From positions 4,030,001 through 4,094,000 of the forward strand of contig OX597823.1 of assembly GCA_951406725.2 (NCBI GenBank): 64,000 bases of DNA. Direction: 5' to 3'. A program made the position numbers and the translations under genes. The DNA is from Octopus vulgaris (lineage: Eukaryota). Positions 39,478-53,760 of the stretch are shown one piece after another. The notes below the pieces were generated by a model. The model made no database searches and was not told where the DNA came from. It saw nothing but the letters and a program-made list of their open reading frames with translations. Each line of letters starts with the position of its first letter. The stretch's first letter is position 1.

Positions 39478-40726
39478 GCATATTATTCAAACATCTCATC
39501 ACATTTGCATTTGCTGATTGAAGAAATATTTCCCCAATAATTACAAATTGACTCTCAAATTATTCTAAAAGATATTGACTCTTCTTTTGAAGAATCTTTT
39601 TTCTTTTTAGGTGATTTCTGAGGCATAATTAAAGCAAATATTTTAAAACATTTGCAGCTGTTAACATCTCATTCTATACAAAAAAAAAAATTTTTTTAAA
39701 CCCAATCTTTCTTATAGATGGAATGAAATTAATTGTAACCTATAAAAATTTTCTCTAAGATTTAATAAAAATACTTTTATATTTCCTTTCTGTTCTAGAT
39801 TCATTCCAATTTTTTGTTTTTCCCCCAAAAGCAAAAAAATCAGAAACTATTTCAATTGTGTAGTGGCATAAACCAATTTCTAGGGGTACAAACTTAGTGA
39901 CAAATAAGTTTACAATGAATACCATGATTCCAAACTCCATTGTACACAATATTTTAATTACAATCGCAGATGTGATGTTGCTTTATGGATCACTTCATCA
40001 GATCGGTCAATTTTTCTTCTTTTTTATTCATAACACATTCCTCTTGGTAGGTGATTCTTTTTTAACTCTGGAGCTATTTTTGGCATATTTTTCATAATTT
40101 AATAATGATGAACTTATTGTGTACAGTGTTCAGGTGCTCATCAGAAAAAGTAGCCAAAAAGTGCATGAACAGCTACATAGAATAATGCACTGGAAGTGAA
40201 CAGGGGATGAGTCATTTAAAAACAAGTAGTGGGGGGAGTGGGGCAATGGGTGTACTGTTGTCGAGTTTCAGGAAGCTTGGAAGTTTTGAAGGCTGTAATG
40301 TCTCAGTAGCTAACAACTGATGTGGATAGTTTATTCCATGCTTCAGCAATTCTGAGCATGAAAAAATGTTTCCGAAAGTCATGGGTGGGTTTTGTGTGTG
40401 TGTGTGAGAGAGATTTCATAAGCATGTCCACATGTGTTAGACATAAGGAATTCATATGCCTCTGGATATCAGTTTGTATTTCTTCAGTCTTTTTTATATA
40501 TATATATATATATTATTTGTTTCAGTCATTTGACTGCAGCCATGCTGGAGCACCACCTTTAGTCTAATAAATCTACTCCAGAACTTATTCTTTGTAAGCT
40601 TGGTACTTATTCTATCGGTCTCTTTTGCTGCATCTCTGAGTGATGGGGATGTAAACACACCAACATCAGTTGTCAAGCAATGGTGGAGAGACAAACACAG
40701 ACCCAAATAGCAAACACACATGCGCG

Positions 40727-40766
<40 letters not shown>

Positions 40767-43700
40767 ATATATACGACAGGCTTCTTTCAGTTTCCATCTA
40801 CCAAATCCACTCAAGGCTGTGTTTGGCCTGAGGCTATAGTAGAAGACACTTGCTCAAGGTGCCACGCAGTGGGACTGAATCTAGAACCACATGTATATAT
40901 ATATATATATGAAACATAATAATCCTCATTTAATGTTTGGCTTCTCCATTGGCATGGGTTAGACATTATGGCAGGATCTGACAAGTTGTAGAACTGTCAT
41001 GCACCAATGTCTACTTTGCCATGGCTTCTCTGGCTGGATGCCCTTTCAAATGCTGACCACTTAGTTGCAAGACTAAGGGCCAAAGCTGGCCCCTATAACT
41101 AAGAAAGAATAGAAGGAGTAGGTGATGATTCTAGGTAGAGGGACGAGTGGTAGTTAATAAGACAGGATAGGGGAGCCTGGCAGGAAACAAGACAGGGGGA
41201 ACGAATTAGCAACAAGGTTGAGAAAAGGGGATGAAAGTGGTAATGGGTTGTGCATGTGGGGGTGGTTAAGGCTATCTAACATTATAAGGGGTCAAATGTG
41301 TGTATGTATATAGTTGGAATTAACAAAAAAGAAACAAAAGGCAAAGACAGGTGTGTAAACAACAAACAGGTGTATTAGTTTAATGCTCAGGAAGGTGAGA
41401 CTCTTTTATATTTTGAGCCTATGCTCTTCAACAGAAAGGAACACGAGAAAATAGAGAATAAAAAAAGCTTTAGTGGCAGGCGGTCAATCATGACAATGTA
41501 AATGATACGGGTGGTTAATTTGCAGCTTTACAACCTAAATACAGAGAGATGGGTGGTGGGGCACATGGCTCGATGGTTAGAGCATTGGGCTCGCAATAAT
41601 GAGGTAGTGAGTTTGATTCCTGGACTGGGTTCACTTTGCTCCAGTTTATTCAGCCATAGAAACAAGTTGAGATATCACTGGTGCCAAGCTGTATTGGCCT
41701 TTGCCTTTCCCTTGGATTACATCAGTGGCATGGCGAGAGGAGGCTGGTATGCATGGGTGACTGCTGGTCTTCTATAAACAACCTTGTCTGGACTTGTGCC
41801 TTGGAGGGGAACTTTCTAGGTGCAATTCTATGGTCAATCATGACTGAAGGGGTTCTTCTTTTTAAATATATATAAATGGAAGTGTGGCTTATGAACAATT
41901 TTTTAACATAAAACATCTTGGGTGATGAACAGTGTCACGGGCAGCAAGCAACAACTGGGATGTAAACACACCAACACTGGCTGTCAGGCAGTCATGGGAT
42001 ACAGACTCCAAGATACATACACACATGCATCTACTTTCAATTTCCATCTACCAAATCCACTTGCAAGGCTTTGGTCAGCCCAAGGCTATAGTAGAAGACA
42101 CTTTCCCAAGGTGATGTGCAGTGGGACTGAACCCAGAACCATGTGGTTGGGAAGTAAGTCTTAGAATTTAGAAAGTGATATAAAATAAATTATTTTTTAA
42201 TGATGGAGCTCAAAGTAGATAAAGCTATATATAAAAGCATGTAGACTATTGAGTTAAAAGAAAAAAACCTTGGATTGGAAAAGTTGAAAGCTACTGTATC
42301 TACTTCATGTTCCCTCATTAAAACCGAATTATTTTATATATGTATATAGTTTACAGTTCCATTCTATGAGGAGGATGATATGTGTGTGTATATAAAGATT
42401 ATATATAATGATGATGATGGGATGTATATATAAGACCTGCTAGAAAATATTCAAAGAATTAATTATATAACAGTGGTGTACTTAAAATTACACCATTGCA
42501 CTAAATATCTCGTGGTTGATTGAACTTGAGGTATTCTTTAAGTCTAAGATTATTTTGGCCGTGTAGTCTCTAATCCCTTTGGTAGCTACTTGTAACTTTT
42601 CTGGAATGTTAATTATAAACTGAGTCTTTAGTGTATTGGGTCATTGGGACCCCTCTACTCCCCCCCCCCCTCGTAAAATCTTGATTTCGTGTGTCTAAGG
42701 CAAAAGAGCTAAATATAACCAGGCTATTCCAGTTGTCTAATGAGTTGCATTATCAACTTCAATGTTGTTATCACGATTAACTTGCTATACTTCATTAAGT
42801 TACTTGATTAGGTTACTCTTTAACCCTGTTGCAGTTGCCTTTCAACTTCTCTCTTCTAATTTCCTGATTGAGTTGTATTTCTGCTTTCAATCTGTCGAGT
42901 TTAACAAATTAATTTTCTATATTTATATCAAAATACATTCTATGTGGTTATCTTTATGCCCAACTTAATGTGGATTACCGAATGCTGTGTTATTTGCTGA
43001 GATAGATCCTCTCATATAGATTTGTGGTGCATAAGAGCATATGTATTTCTGTCATTGACACATGAGAATTGTCTGCTCCAGCTGTCGGAATTGCCAGTTC
43101 ACGGGATTTCATCCTGCTTGGGGCTTCTCAGTGGCAGGCACCCACTAGCTACATAACAGCCAAATCTCATTGTTATGATATATAAATTTTCAGTGTCTTT
43201 TCAGTCACTGATGTCACAAATAGCTTGCAGGCTTATTAAAAAATAATTAATTTCAACAGAAGCAATATTGATTAGAACCAGTTTCATCAGTAGCTCTTTC
43301 ATTTTTCATAATTATTATTTTTTCTTAAAGTTTTTGTAAGCAAGTAACATTTGTATACCCTTAATATAACATACTCTATATTTACAAAGAGCCTGTTTCT
43401 GATGTATGAAATACAGAAACAGGCTCTGTATTGTTTAATGTCCGTCTTCCATTCTGGTGCTTTGGGTCAGACTGTTTGATAGGATCCGTCGAATTCCAGT
43501 GTCTGCTTTGGTATGGTTTCTCTGGCCTGATAACCCTCCTAACACCAACCATTTTTCAGAGTATACTGGGTGCTTTTTTTTATGGCACCAACACTGGTGG
43601 GGTCACCAAGTAACTTGCATGAGAAAAACAATTCTCCTTGACTGAGCTGGGGGTGTAGTAGAGAGAGAGAGGTGGCTTTACATCAGATGGTGAAAGGCTA

Positions 43701-45097
43701 AAGTTTAGAAGGTACAGGGGCAGATTTGCACAATAGAAGAGATACAGGGATACCCTGCATTATATAAGGGTAGGTAAAAGTAGCTGGAAAGAGAGATAAA
43801 TATGGCTGTGGTGCTGTGTCAAGTTGTACTCTGAAGGTATTACAAGGTATGAGAGAATATGGTACTAATAAAGTACCAGACATGTAAGTAATGGGGTTGA
43901 TTTGTTCAGCTAAATCCGTCAAGGCAATGCTCCAACATGGTTGCTGTCCAATGAGGAAACAAAAGAATAAAAGAAATAAATGAATATTTATGAATAATAA
44001 ACACTTGGTTGTTATAATGTTGATTGATTGGCCACATTAGAAATTCTAGTATTGCCATATTCTAATTTCACTGTCATATGAAGAATACTTATCTTCCTTC
44101 TCCTCTATTCCAAACTTTGATTTCTCCCTATGTCTGCAGATTTTAAACAGACTATTCCATTTTATTTTTAACATTTTGACTGTTGCTATAGCTTTATTCT
44201 ATTCGTAGAATGGAATCCTGATTCAGTTTTTAATAAGCAGTGGAAGAGTTGCTGTCGTTGCATGTGTAGTCGACATCCTAACATTGCATGTGTTGTCTGT
44301 CTCCCTCGAGTATCTTCACCTGATTCTTTATATTTGGCATGATTCTATTATATATATATATGTTTATGCATTGTTAACTTCAAAGATACTGTCTGTTTGT
44401 CTTTCTTTCAATCTGTCTTTGAAGCTGTTATTTTGAAAATTCTATGGTGGTAGAAGTGAATTGCCCAACAGAGCAGCTGTGCAGGATGTTTTTCTATAGC
44501 ATCTAATTCCAAACCGCTTTGCTTTCATTTCAAATCCCTTCACAATTCATTTGCTGTTTCCTCTCAACAGAGTCAGTACAATAAGTCACTAGTTAAATAC
44601 TGGTTTTGTTTCCTTTATAAATAAATAAATACTGCCTTTGTTATTCATTAAAACACATTAGTCTTAGAAATCCCTCACATCAGTTTTTCTTTTTATTTGT
44701 TGAAGTGTGAAGTTTCGCGTTAATTTTGCAATATTTAATTTATTTGACAATGATGAGTAAATTCCTTCTCTCTTCCGATAGATTTGAACATGCATGCTAA
44801 CCACTGTTGTTTCACTTCCAAAGAACAACTTCTTCTTTCATATAGTCTCTGTTGACCACCCACGATTCCTTGATGGGCAGAGGTTGGGGTGGGACCTTGA
44901 GACACGAGTGCTTTAACCTGATTAAAATGTTTGCCTCTCAATCATATAGTTCAGGTTCAATTCCAATTGCATGGCACTTTGAGTGAGTGAATTTGAATTC
45001 AGAATTTAAAGAGCTGGAAAAAAATGCCACAAAGCATTTTGTCTGATATGTTAATGATTCTGATGATAATAGAAATAATAATAATAATAATATAATA

Positions 45098-45458
45098 ACA
45101 AGAGCACTCAGAGAGTGCAAACATCCATCAAGGCAAGACCAGTGTCCTCTCAACGATTAACTGGAGATGATTTTTAAAACGAAAATATCTGAAATAAACT
45201 CGACTGCTCTCACAAATGAGAATACTAAAAATGAACCTGACTGCTCTCAAAAATTAATTAAAAAAAAAAACAGGAAAGATAATCCAGAATTCTTGTCTGG
45301 CATCAATCCCCAAAATTTAATCAGTTCGTGCCAGTCATGAGGTCAAACATCCCTGGACGTTTCACCTCAATCCATCCAGTGGTTCTTGAGATATCTTGTC
45401 CATGGGGAAAAAAAAAATCAAACACAACTGGAAACAATACCTTCACGGGGGTGATAAT
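45098..45458 (-). mobile_element. Helentron/HINE-like non-autonomous element
   Basis: Collinear with 53804-54163. Sits in (TAA)n. The minus strand has the ttatta-c...gttttcag...caagatatctcaaga...ggatggatt...gaaac layout. Confidence 0.5.
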
Positions 45459-45462
45459 AATT

Positions 45463-45925
45463 TTATTATAGACACAAGGCTTAAAATTGGGGAGAGGTGT
45501 AAGTTGATTACATCAACCCCAGTATTAGACTGGTACTTATATTATCAACCGCAAAAGGATGAAAGGCCAAGGTGACCTTAGCAGAATTTAAGCTCAGAAC
45601 ATAAAGACAGATGAAATGTCACTAAGCCTTCTGCTGAGTGTGCTAACGGTTCTGCCAGTTTGTCTTAATAAGAATCCTTCCTATTATAGGCACAAGGCTT
45701 GAAATTGGGGAGAGGTGTAAGTTGATTACATCAACCCCAGTATTAGACTGGTACTTATATTATCAACCGCAAAAGGATGAAAGGCCAAGGTGACCTTAGC
45801 AGAATTTAAGCTCAGAACATAAAGACAGATGAAATGTCACTAAGCCTTCTGCTGAGTGTGCTAATGGTTCTGCCAGTTTGTCTTAATAAGAATCCTTCCT
45901 ATTATAGGCAGAAGGCTTGAAATTT
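45463..45925 (-). repeat. Tandem duplication of a 218-bp family-A SINE unit (2 copies plus the start of a third)
   Basis: The cacaaggctt anchor recurs at 45473, 45691 and (as cagaaggctt) 45909. The two full units are nearly identical. Confidence 0.9.
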
Positions 45926-47249
45926 TGTGGTGGGAACCAATATGCAACTGATACTTATTTTATTGGCCCTGAAAGAAGAAGAATAACAATAATACTGTTT
46001 CAAATTTTGGCACAAAGCCAGCAATTTGAGGGTGAGAATTAGTCAATACAATCATTTTCAGTACTTGACTAGTATTTTATCAACCTTAGGGGGATGAAAG
46101 GCAAAATTGAGGTTGGCTGGATTTGATCTCAATGTAAACAACTGGAACAAATACCACGAAGCATTTTTCTTCAAATGCTGTAATGATTCTACCCAACTTG
46201 CAACCTTTATAAGAATAGTAATAACAACATTAATAGAAGTCTTGTCTTGAAGGTTATTTGGTGGTCTCACTGCTGCTGGTGCCACATAAAAGACCTCCCA
46301 GTACACACTGTAAAATGGTTGGCATTAGGAAGGCCTTTGAGCAGTAGAAACCATGCCAAAGCAGACAGCAGAGCTTGGTACAGTCTTCTGACTTGTCAGC
46401 TCTTGTCAAACTGTCCAACCCATGACAGCATGGAAAACAAATATCAAATGAGGATGATGTGGCTGTGTGGTTTGCTTCTCAACCACATGGTTCTGGGCTC
46501 AGTCCCACTCTGTGGATCCTTGGGCAAATGTATCCTACTATAGCCTTGGTCCAACCAAAGCTTTGTGAGTGGATTTGGCAGATGGAAATTGAAAGAAGCC
46601 CATTGTGTATATGTGTCTGTCCCCATTGTGTGACAGCCAATGTTGGTGTGTTTACGTCCCCATAACTTAGCAGTTTGGCACAAGACACTGATAAAATAAA
46701 TACTAGGCTTACAAAAAATAAGTCCTGGGGTCAATTTGTTTGACTAAAGGCAGTGCTCCAGCATGGCTGCAGTCAAATAAGAGTACATCTATTATCTGTG
46801 TGTCTTTGTGTTTGTCATCCAACACCATCTGACAACCAGTGTTGGTTCATTTATGTTTCCATAACTTGGTTTTGCAAAAGAGACCAATAGAATAGGAGAA
46901 AACGAATAGCAGGCCTTAAAAGGAAGAGAAAATAACGGGTTCAATTTATTTGACTAAAAACCCTTCAAAGTGGTGGTCCAGCATGGCTGCAGTCCAATGA
47001 CTGAAAAACAACAAAACAAAACACACACACATGTGTGTGTGCATAACTACTAGGCTTTGGTGTCTATGTAAAATGTATATTATGAAAGCATGGATAAAAA
47101 TCTTTGCACTAATCTTTTATTTAAATGTAAATCTGTGTGTATGTATATATGTTTGTATGTATATATGTTTGTGTGTGTATATATTTTCACCATTCAATCC
47201 CAGGTTAGTTCTAAATATATTTAACTGCTAACTACAACAACAACAACAA

Positions 47250-47708
47250 CAGCCCTTGCTCCAAATCTCAGCTACTTCATATCATCTAACTCGGTAGCTG
47301 ATACCTCCTCGGTTTCTGCCATAATTCCCAGACCCTCAAGTGGCTTGCAGCTGTACAAACCAACAAAACTGTTTACCATCTCCAAAGAAAATCACTCACC
47401 ACCATAATGCCTGCACGAAGAGCAGAAGATACCTTATATGCATTGCACTGTGTGCAGACTCTCTCATCTCCCAAACTGCATCTTGGTCTTCTGGTCCCTT
47501 GCCAAGAGGGTCTCAACTAATTTAAAGCTTGTATCCATGTTGCCGCTCCTCAACCAAAATGATTCTGTAAATAGGATACCTGCTGATAAAGAAATCACAT
47601 TTGCTAGCAATTTTGCTGACAACACATGCTCTCTCTCACACGCTCTCACTCATTCACTCACTCACTCATTCACTCACTCACATGTTCTCACTCACAGACA
47701 CCCTCATT

Positions 47709-47739
<31 letters not shown>

Positions 47740-48720
47740 TTTATATACACTTTCTCACAAACACATATATATTAAGTCTTTCACAAACACTCACACCCTC
47801 ACAAACTCACACACCCTACTCATGCCCCCACTCCAATTGCACACCCACACTCTCATACATACTCCATATACATTCTCATACACCACCATATACTCATTCA
47901 CTCACACACTCTCTCTCTCTCTCTCACTTGCACTCACTTGCACCCCTCCTCCCACAAGTAACAAAGCTCCACCAAACTCGATTCCACACACCTTTCCTAG
48001 AGTATGCAATACACCAGCCACCGTTTATTCATTATAAAAGGTAGACAAAATGACTATCAATCAACATCTCTGAAGTATGAGCTACGTCTATGGCTGGATA
48101 CATTGACCCCTTGCCACTATTGATTACAATATACACACAATTGCCAACTTAGAAAAAAAAACGGTTGATCACTCAAACTTAGCAAGGTGAGTGATCTTGA
48201 TGGTACCCCTACTATTAAGCCCCACTGTTAATCTGTCCCCTTAGCCCATTCCCTTCACCCTTTACCTCAACCCCATCCTTGGGCTTTCCCCCTCAGCTTG
48301 TACTTTCAGTCTGTCTCATTAATCACCAAACAGGGATCCACCCCTAACTTATATCCTCACCACTGATGAAGTGGTGAGGATATTCCTTTCTTCTCCCTAC
48401 ACTAAGATTTACCCTAATCTGTATGTAGATACAATATGTTTCATTCTCAAGTAAGGGATTTCTGTTTAACCCCACCAATTACTGCCTTCCGGTCCTCATT
48501 TCTAAAATCCTAAAGATAATAGGAATTGTCATAAAAAAAAACCCCAACTCCTTCATCTTTCCCTTCTTCAGTGACCATCAACAGGATTTTATATACACAT
48601 AGTTTTAGCAGAAACCTTTATTCTTCTGTTATGCATCAGTGGCTTCTCATTCTTTGATAATTTTAACAGAAGCAGGTTTCTTGCCCCTAGCAGTGACTGT
48701 TGATTGTGTCTGATACGAGA
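47250..48720 (+). mobile_element. Highly decayed L2/CR1/Jockey-group LINE ORF2 fragments interrupted by a CA-rich tract
   Basis: FWSLAKRVS...PLLNQNDS...ADKEITFASNFADN (about 47490-47622) and NPTNY..., FSDHQQDF (about 48450-48590) resemble LINE linker and RT-start motifs. Confidence 0.55.
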
Positions 48721-49868
48721 ACCTCCTAGCAGAGTGACCCTTTTTTTAATGGTCTACAGCTGCCTCTTTACTCTTGCTTCTGAAATTTCCTCTCAAACCA
48801 AATTGATTTGTAAGCATTTCAGTTGTTTAACATGGTTTCTGCATAAACTGAGACATGTTCAATAGTGTTAAACATTCCCCAGTCCATCTAGTTGGTCACC
48901 TGGTTGCTGGCTCTTCGGATGAGAATGGCCGGCAAACAGACTAATATCTTAGTCTTGAAAAAAGACTTGTCTCATCTATCAAAAATTGGAATGCATTGAA
49001 TTGGAATTACATTATAGGTGTGGCTGATGTGGTTAGAAGCTTGTTTCCCAACCACTTCGTTCCAGGTTCAGTCCCATTGCGTGGCACCTTGGGCAAGTGT
49101 CTTCTAATATAGCCTTGAGCTGACCAAAGTCTTGTGAGTGGATTTGGTAGATGGAAACTGAAAGAAGCCCATCATATATTTATGCATGTTATGTGTATCT
49201 TTGTGTTTGTCTCACCACCACTTGACAACTGGTGTTGGTTTGTTTATGTCCCTGTAGCTTAATAGTTGGCAAAAGCAACCAATAGCATAAGTATCAGATT
49301 GGGCGGGGGGGGGGACTACTGGTTCATTTGTTTGACTAAACCCTCCAAAGTGGTACCCCAGCATGGCCACTGTCCAGTGACTGAAGCAAACAAGATAAAA
49401 GATTAAAAAGATTTGTCTCATCTATTGATATTAGAATTGGAATCCATCCTTGACGTACGAGAGCATTGAGTTATGGAAGCTGTAAGAGAAAGGTTGATCA
49501 AACTAAAGGAATAAAACGAACCAAACTTCTTTTCTCTCATTCTCTCTCTCTCTCTCCCTCTCCCCCACCACACTCTCAAATCACACAACAAGGTGTTGTT
49601 TTGCATTGAAAGCCACTGTTCGTTACCAACAGTTCGTTAGTTCACTTGTTGGCCAATGTTTTCCTATGACTCAATGCTATGTTAAGTAATAACACAGTCA
49701 ACTAAATGCAGCCCTGATAATTAAGTCTAACTAAACTAGTTAGCCATTAAACATGATCATTTTAATCTACTTCCTCCTTTTGTTAACAAAACAATGGACA
49801 GTACACAGATTTTACAAGCTTTAGTCACCAACATTGACTAGGAGCTTAGTTGGAATCAAAACACTTTG

Positions 49869-49930
<62 letters not shown>

Positions 49931-50612
49931 TGTGGGTGTATTTAATCTGTTACACCCACCCAGTCTCATGGTTATTTTTCATATTTTATTACTATTATCA
50001 TTGTTTTTTTTTCATACAATCATTTAATTATTGTCTTCTAATGAGTTAATTAGTATCTTCTATGTAGGGAGTGGTGCTAAATTCTTCAAAAGCCATTTGC
50101 CATTTCAGTTTCAATTCCCATTTGCATCTTCTACATAACTCATTCCTCGTACAGTCTTTCGCTCTGACTGAGATAGTTGACCCCTCTCACTTGCAATATC
50201 ATATTGTAATTCCTTAGAATGTTTTGCAACCAAACTCAGAAGACACAGTCGACTATTGAAGGAGAGCTACGTAGTGGTGGTGTTGTGGACCAGTCTGTGC
50301 AATGTCTTCTGTCCCAGAAGAGGCACAGTCCACCTTCAAGCCTTCACTCAGTGGGGTTCAGCTCAGAGCCATATGATGAGTCTTACCATCATTTAAACAT
50401 ATTTTCATGCCTTGCAAGGGCTGAACAGAACTTCTTGTAGATTTTTCTGTAGTTGGATGCCTCTTGTGTCTCCAACCTTCCTCTGCTTCGAAGCAAGGTA
50501 ATATTTCTCCAAGACTTAGTATCTATCCATGGAAGTTTAGAACACTACCAGTATGATGCTGTCACTCACATCTATCGCATGATGTCAAGACAAGGAGACA
50601 CAAACACATGCA

Positions 50613-50650
<38 letters not shown>

Positions 50651-51524
50651 AAAAATTGTGATAAACACAAGAGGCAGCTTATTTGTTCCCTACGCTTGTT
50701 TCACCATTGTGACTATTAACATCCTCTGTAGTGGGTGTTCTTTGGATGCAAATCCAGAACAGTTCCTCAGGAGAATACATTATTACATTATCTCAACCCC
50801 TCAAATGCACCAGAAGTAGTCATACACCTGACTGTACACACCAGAAATAATACACACACACACACACACACACAGCAGGATTCTGTCAGTTTCCATCTAC
50901 TAAATCTACTCACAAGGCTTTGGTTGGCCTGGGGCTGTAGTAGAAGACACTTGCCTAAGTTGCTGCATGGTGGGACTGAACCCAAAGCCATGTGTTTGGG
51001 AAGTAAACTTCTCAACCACAACACCTGGACCTCATCAGACAGACTTCTTAACATGGAATGGAAGGCTCTGAATACAACCAAGCTTAGAATTTCTAGCAAA
51101 CAAGCAAACAATGCTATGATGAAGTTACAAATATAACCAAAACTCATTATTACAGCATTTTAATCAGGACTAACCCAGTAACACATCTGCTCAACAGATG
51201 GACGGATGTCGCGATCTGCTGATCCAGTTCTTTTTTGTTAGACGTTTACTAGCGACTGTACATTGTGGTATGTGATGACTGCCAAGTAAATCTAGGCTGA
51301 TTTCGAGGAAGAGTCCACGCTTGCTGATGAAACTTTACTTAATGGTTGAGTAAAGTCTCAAGATAAAAAGATAACTCTAATGAAGAATTGAGCATCAGTT
51401 CTGTAAATGGAATGAAATAAAAAAGTATTCATTGCAGAATGGAATGTTCTCTGGTGTCTTGGTAATCCTGGTATTTTTCAGGAAATGTGATGTTATTTTT
51501 AACTTCAGAAATAACTTTCTCTTG

Positions 51525-51550
51525 CTCTGCCTGCCTGCCTGCCTGCCTGC

Positions 51551-51610
<60 letters not shown>

Positions 51611-51975
51611 CACACGTGCTCACACACACAGTCTCTCTTTCTCTCTCACACCTTTTTGCCTCTCCACCCTCTCTCTCATCATCTCTTCCTTTTCCCCCTC
51701 CCTCTGTGTCACATTTTTGCCTCATTCAGTCTTTTATCACATCCCTTCTCTCTTATAGCCCCCCCCCCTCTCTCATCGCACCCTCCCTCCCATCGCACCC
51801 CCCCATCTCTCATCCCACCTTCCATCCCTCTCATTGCACCCTCCCTCCCTCCCTCCCTCTCATCGCACCCCCCCATCTCTCATCCCACCTTCCCTCCCTC
51901 TCATCGTACCCTCCCTCCCTCTCATCTCATCATCTCTCTCCTTCACTCCCCTTTCTTTTACTTTCTCTCCTCCAT
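51525..51975. repeat. Compound microsatellite (CCTG/TCTG/TC) plus pyrimidine-rich minisatellite (ctctcatcgcaccctccc units)
   Basis: Directly visible, ending about 100 nt upstream of the exon at 52076. Confidence 0.85.
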
Positions 51976-52075
51976 TGCAATAATTGTCATTAAATAAATA
52001 CTTAATCAGTCAAATTTCTTTCTTGCTGTATTTCACTAATTCTCAGATAATCTTTTAATTTTCTTTTCTATCCAG

Positions 52076-52165
52076 GCTTCTCGTAGGATTTCTGAGTTGT
52101 TTGACGATCTCAAAGATGGCCACAATTTGATTTCTCTCTTAGAAGTTCTCTCTCATGAAACGCTG
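52076..52165 (+). CDS. shot: Internal exon (90 nt, phase 0-0) of a spectraplakin (short stop/MACF1/dystonin/plectin family), CH1 actin-binding domain
   Basis: Pyrimidine tract ttttcttttctatccag|GCT...CTG|gtaagt. Translates [30 protein letters not shown], matching the plectin/MACF1 CH1 segment [30 protein letters not shown] and its 90-nt exon size. Confidence 0.95.
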
Positions 52166-53597
52166 GTAAGTATCCTTTCAGTTCTCTAGAATTGTTCCTG
52201 TTTAACCCGTGGTCAGCACCGATGATGCAGATTTACGATTGAGTTCATTTTTATCTATGATCATCTTGTCTCTTTGTATATAAAAACTGTTGGATATAAT
52301 TTGAAGCGTATTCAGCTGTTATCTCTAGAAGGTCAAGCAACCATATAGAGGCTCACTTGTAAACTCATGAGGTGGGAGGGGAGCCTTTGCAGTAGTGAGA
52401 TTTAGCAGTGACTTTTCCATACTTGCAAAGAGCTGATGGAATTTGTTGAGACAGATTTTCTATGGCTGGATGCCTTTCCTGCCACTGACCTTCACTTCTT
52501 TCCAAGCAAGATATTTTCCCATAGCTTGGCATGTTTTTATGGAAGACTGGAAACAAGGGACTGCTTGTATAACAGTGACACTTGTTTACAACTCTCAGGT
52601 GATACCCAGTTTCAAAGGCACAAACATACAAACACACACACACACGTATATTATAATCATTTAATGTTTGTTTCCTTTGCTGGTTTGGGTTGGACAGTTC
52701 AAGCGGGACTGGCGAGTCGGAAGACTGCACCAAACTCCCGTGTCTTCTTTAGCAGAGTTTCTGTAGCTGGATTCCTTTCCTTTGGATCCTTTCCTTCTCT
52801 GGTGCTGGTGAGATCTCCAAGAAACTTGCTAGAAAAGTTTTCCCAACTGAGATAGTGACTAGCAATATTGAGGGAAGCGGCTTTATGCTGCTGGATGATG
52901 AGAACTGAAGGTACGGACAGAGGGACAGGAATAAGTGTTAGGCTGTAAGAGAGATGTGTGGTTATCCCAGTTGGAGGAAAGAGAAGATGGTGGTGACAAT
53001 GTCAAGGCCTAACTTCAAGTGACAGGAAGGTGGATGTGAGGGGAGTAGCCTGCATTAGTTTGTTCATGGGAGTGTGAAGGAGGATGGCATATCTATGTAT
53101 ATATGTGTATAGTGGGCTTCTTTCAGTTTCCATCTTCCAGATCTACTCAGAAGGCTTTGGTTAGCCTAGGGCTATATTAGAAGCACCCATGATGTCATGT
53201 GGTCAGGAAACAAACTTCTTAAGCACCCGGCTATGCTTGCACCTATAATTAACATAATTAAGTGCAGGCTGTCTGTTTGCAGTGAGGTATTCTCTTCAGC
53301 ATGTTTAGCCACTCCCTTTGGCATTGAAAGAAAACAAACAAACAAACTAGAACAACATGGGAAAAGGTTTATGCAAAGTTAGTTGTTGTTGGGGGTGGTG
53401 GTGTTCAAACCACTACCATTTGAATGGTTAAGTAAACCAATGCTGATTGGCTGGTTCAGTGCAAGCACATGTGCAATTCTGTTAGTAAAAGATAAAAAAT
53501 ATCTCTGTAATTTGCCTTATCTGCTATTATTATTATTATTTCATTTACGCACAACAGATTAGACTGTTGGCAAAAAATTCCTAACATCAGACCACAA

Positions 53598-53760
53598 CTA
53601 ATGACCTTGGTTGCCAAGAACCCTCCTAACTATCCTAGCTGTCTCCAATAATATTGTTTTCTGGAGCTGCACTAAACTAGGTTTTATGCTTATTTCCTCT
53701 ATCCATCTGTTCAAATCTTTAGGGATTGTTCCTAATGCACCTTTAACTACTGGGATACAT
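53598..53760 (-). mobile_element. C-terminal fragment of an R4/Dong-like (restriction-like endonuclease) LINE
   Basis: IPVVKGALGTIPKDL...LQKTILLETARIVRRVL* is the typical R4-clade terminus. Flanked by (TAT)n at about 53526 and (AAT)n at about 53780. Confidence 0.7.

Noticed and set aside
47438-48044. Longest supplied ORFs (199 and 147 aa)
   Set aside because: A decayed LINE fragment fused to CA/CT microsatellite, giving H/T/L/S low complexity. Not a gene.
48351-48383. 13-bp perfect hairpin atatcctcaccac-tgatgaa-gtggtgaggatat
   Set aside because: Short and isolated. CTGATGA sits in the loop without the rest of a ribozyme core, so no function can be supported.
51198-51360. CpG-rich ATG-initiated segment (MDGCRDLLIQFFFVRRLLATVHC|gtatgt) and a nearby CTGATGA plus hairpin
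   Set aside because: The donor after 51267 is phase 1, incompatible with the phase-0 exon at 52076. The CTGATGA hairpin lacks the GAAA and NUH needed for a hammerhead.
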